From NCBI RefSeq assembly GCF_018977255.1, contig NW_024704743.1, forward strand, positions 72,046,001 to 72,110,000: a DNA stretch of 64,000 nucleotides, read 5' to 3'. The stretch's first letter is position 1, and each line of letters begins with the position of its first letter. This DNA is from Callorhinchus milii (taxonomy: Eukaryota). Positions 62,142 to 64,000 of the stretch are shown one piece after another. Made by a program: the position numbers and the translations under genes. The notes under the pieces were generated by a model. That model had not been told where the DNA came from. It did not search any database and worked only from the letters and a program-made list of their open reading frames with translations.

Positions 62142-62671
62142 GTGCAGCTCGTGTACTGTCCCGCACCAGGCTTCGCGACCACATCACTCCCACCCTCGCT
62201 CGCCTCCACTGGCTCCCCATCCCCCAGAGGATCGATTTCAAGATCCTCATCCTCACCTACAAGGCCATTCACGGCCTCGCTCCCTCCTACCTCTCCGACC
62301 TACTATCCCCCTACTTACCTGCCCGTACCCTCTGTTCCTCTGGCTCCGGTCTGCTCCACATCCCCCGCCCCAACTGCCCTACCATCGGTGGCCGGGCCTT
62401 CAGCCTCTCAGCCCCGAGGCTCTGGAACTCTATCCCCCAGTGCCTTCGCCTCGCCTCCTCCCTTTCCTCCTTCAAGGCCGGTCTCAAGACCTTTCTCTTT
62501 GACCGAGCCTTCAGCTCCCCTCTCGACTCTCTACCCCCTCCTCGCTCCCTCCCTTCCCTCCCCTCACCCTGACCATTTCCCCCCCTGCTCGGGTCCCGAT
62601 CCAACTGTCCAGCGCCTTGGGACATCCTCCCGACATGAAAGGCGCTCTATAAATGAAATCTTGTCGTTGTT
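62142..62671 (+). mobile_element. young L2 LINE 3' fragment
   Basis: Near-identical reverse complement of 32937-33450. Confidence 0.9.
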
Positions 62672-63393
62672 ATATTTGCTGTTTACAGTGGGCAACCTGG
62701 TTTAGTTGGATGCATTTTGTCTCTAAATCAGAAGGTTGTGATTAAAGTCCCATGTTAGCACTTTTAGTACTGGGGGAGGGCTGCATTGCCTGAGGTGCTG
62801 TCCTTCGGATGAAATGCAAAACCAAAGACGTATACTTGTTTAGGGGAACTTTAAAGATTCCGTGGCACTATTTGAAAACAACAAACAACAAAATGACATT
62901 TGTAAAGCGCCTTTCATGTCGGGAGTCGGTCCTGACTTGAAAGAAGCGAGGAAGTTCCTTGACGTGAAAAGAGAGAAGTTCCTCCCAGTGTTCTGGCCAA
63001 CAATCTCCCAGATGAAATTGGACTTTCACTTAATGGGTGTTTGTGCGACAAAACTGTGTGCAAATGGACAACTTAGTTTGGCTGCAAAATACACAGTCAC
63101 AATAGTAAATTTGCAGTAAATTCCGTGAACCTCTTTGAGATATCCTCTGAACAGGAAAGGTGTTACCAAATCCAAGGATTATTAATCATTGGGAAACTTT
63201 AACAAGTTGTCCTACAAATAGTGAATGGCCAGTTTATCTGGATGATTGGAGGAAAAACTTTTCAAATTGTGCAACTGAATCTTTAATGTTCACCTGAATG
63301 TAGGACAGCTTAACATCTCGATAACTGGAATTACTTGCACTCCTTGGGACGTCCTCCCGACGTGAAAGGCGCTATACAAATGTAATCTTGTAG

Positions 63394-64000
63394 CAACAAC
63401 AAATTTGTAGAGCATCTTTCACATCGGGAGGATGTTCCAAAGCACTGGACAGTCAGGGATTTGGAACCGAGCAGGTGGTTGGAATCGAGAGGGTAGGATT
63501 ATGAGGATGACATAAGGCTCAGTCAAAGAGGAGGGTCTTGAGATGTCCCTTGAAGGAGCGAAGAGAGGGAGCAAGGCGAAGGGAATGTGGGATGCAGTTT
63601 CAAAGGATGGGGGCAGAAAAGCTGAAGGCCCAACCTCCGATGGTGGGGCGAGTCGAGCGGGGTACATGGAGCAGGCCTTACCTTGCTGAGCGGAGGGAGT
63701 GGAAAGGTTGATATGGAGATAGCTGGCCAAAGAGGGAGGAGGGAGCAAGGCCATGGAGAGCTTTGAAGGCAAGGATGACGATTTTGAAATCTATCCTCTG
63801 GGGGATGGGAAGCCAGTGGAGGGTGTGGGTGATAGGGTCATGGAGTCCAGTGCGAGAGAGGACACGAGCTGAGGAGTTCTGAATGATCTGCAGCTTGTGG
63901 AGGGAGGAGTTGAGGAGGCCGACAACAGAGAGTAGGCATAGTGGGGCCAGATGTAACAAATGCATGGATGAGGTCTTGGTGGCCTGAGGGGAAATGCAGT
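63394..64000 (-). mobile_element. L2 LINE 3' fragment
   Basis: [15 protein letters not shown]...[28 protein letters not shown]. Confidence 0.85.

Overview
This is vertebrate genomic DNA. The repeat content (CR1 and L2 LINE fragments, a tRNA-headed SINE with an L2-type tail, Deu-domain SINE relics) points to a cartilaginous fish, possibly a chimaera; this is inference. Most of the window is a complete minus-strand ANKIB1 gene (ankyrin-repeat RBR E3 ubiquitin ligase). I traced 19 coding exons from ATG 44345 to stop 2185. All have GT-AG boundaries, and their phases chain into 3264 nt (1087 aa plus stop). A non-coding first exon lies near 58780-58930. Head-to-head on the plus strand is the 5' end of KRIT1 (CCM1), first coding exon 61441-61542, with a shared CpG-island promoter at about 58930-59240. 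The most notable observations are: (1) a 31-nt exon-like segment with the same phases as ANKIB1 exon 17, a candidate mutually exclusive exon; (2) a bidirectional promoter built from a 26-bp inverted repeat of an NRF1+CCAAT module; (3) a ~38-copy G-rich array carrying NR5A-type sites in KRIT1 intron 1; (4) a non-autonomous DNA transposon with TIRs, an 8-bp TSD and an internal 26-bp minisatellite; (5) a possible 40-aa in-frame N-terminal extension of KRIT1; (6) a ~250-nt SINE-SINE fold-back hairpin. No prokaryote-type system (CRISPR etc.) is supported. Repeat boundaries are approximate. Exon numbers count the non-coding first exon as exon 1.
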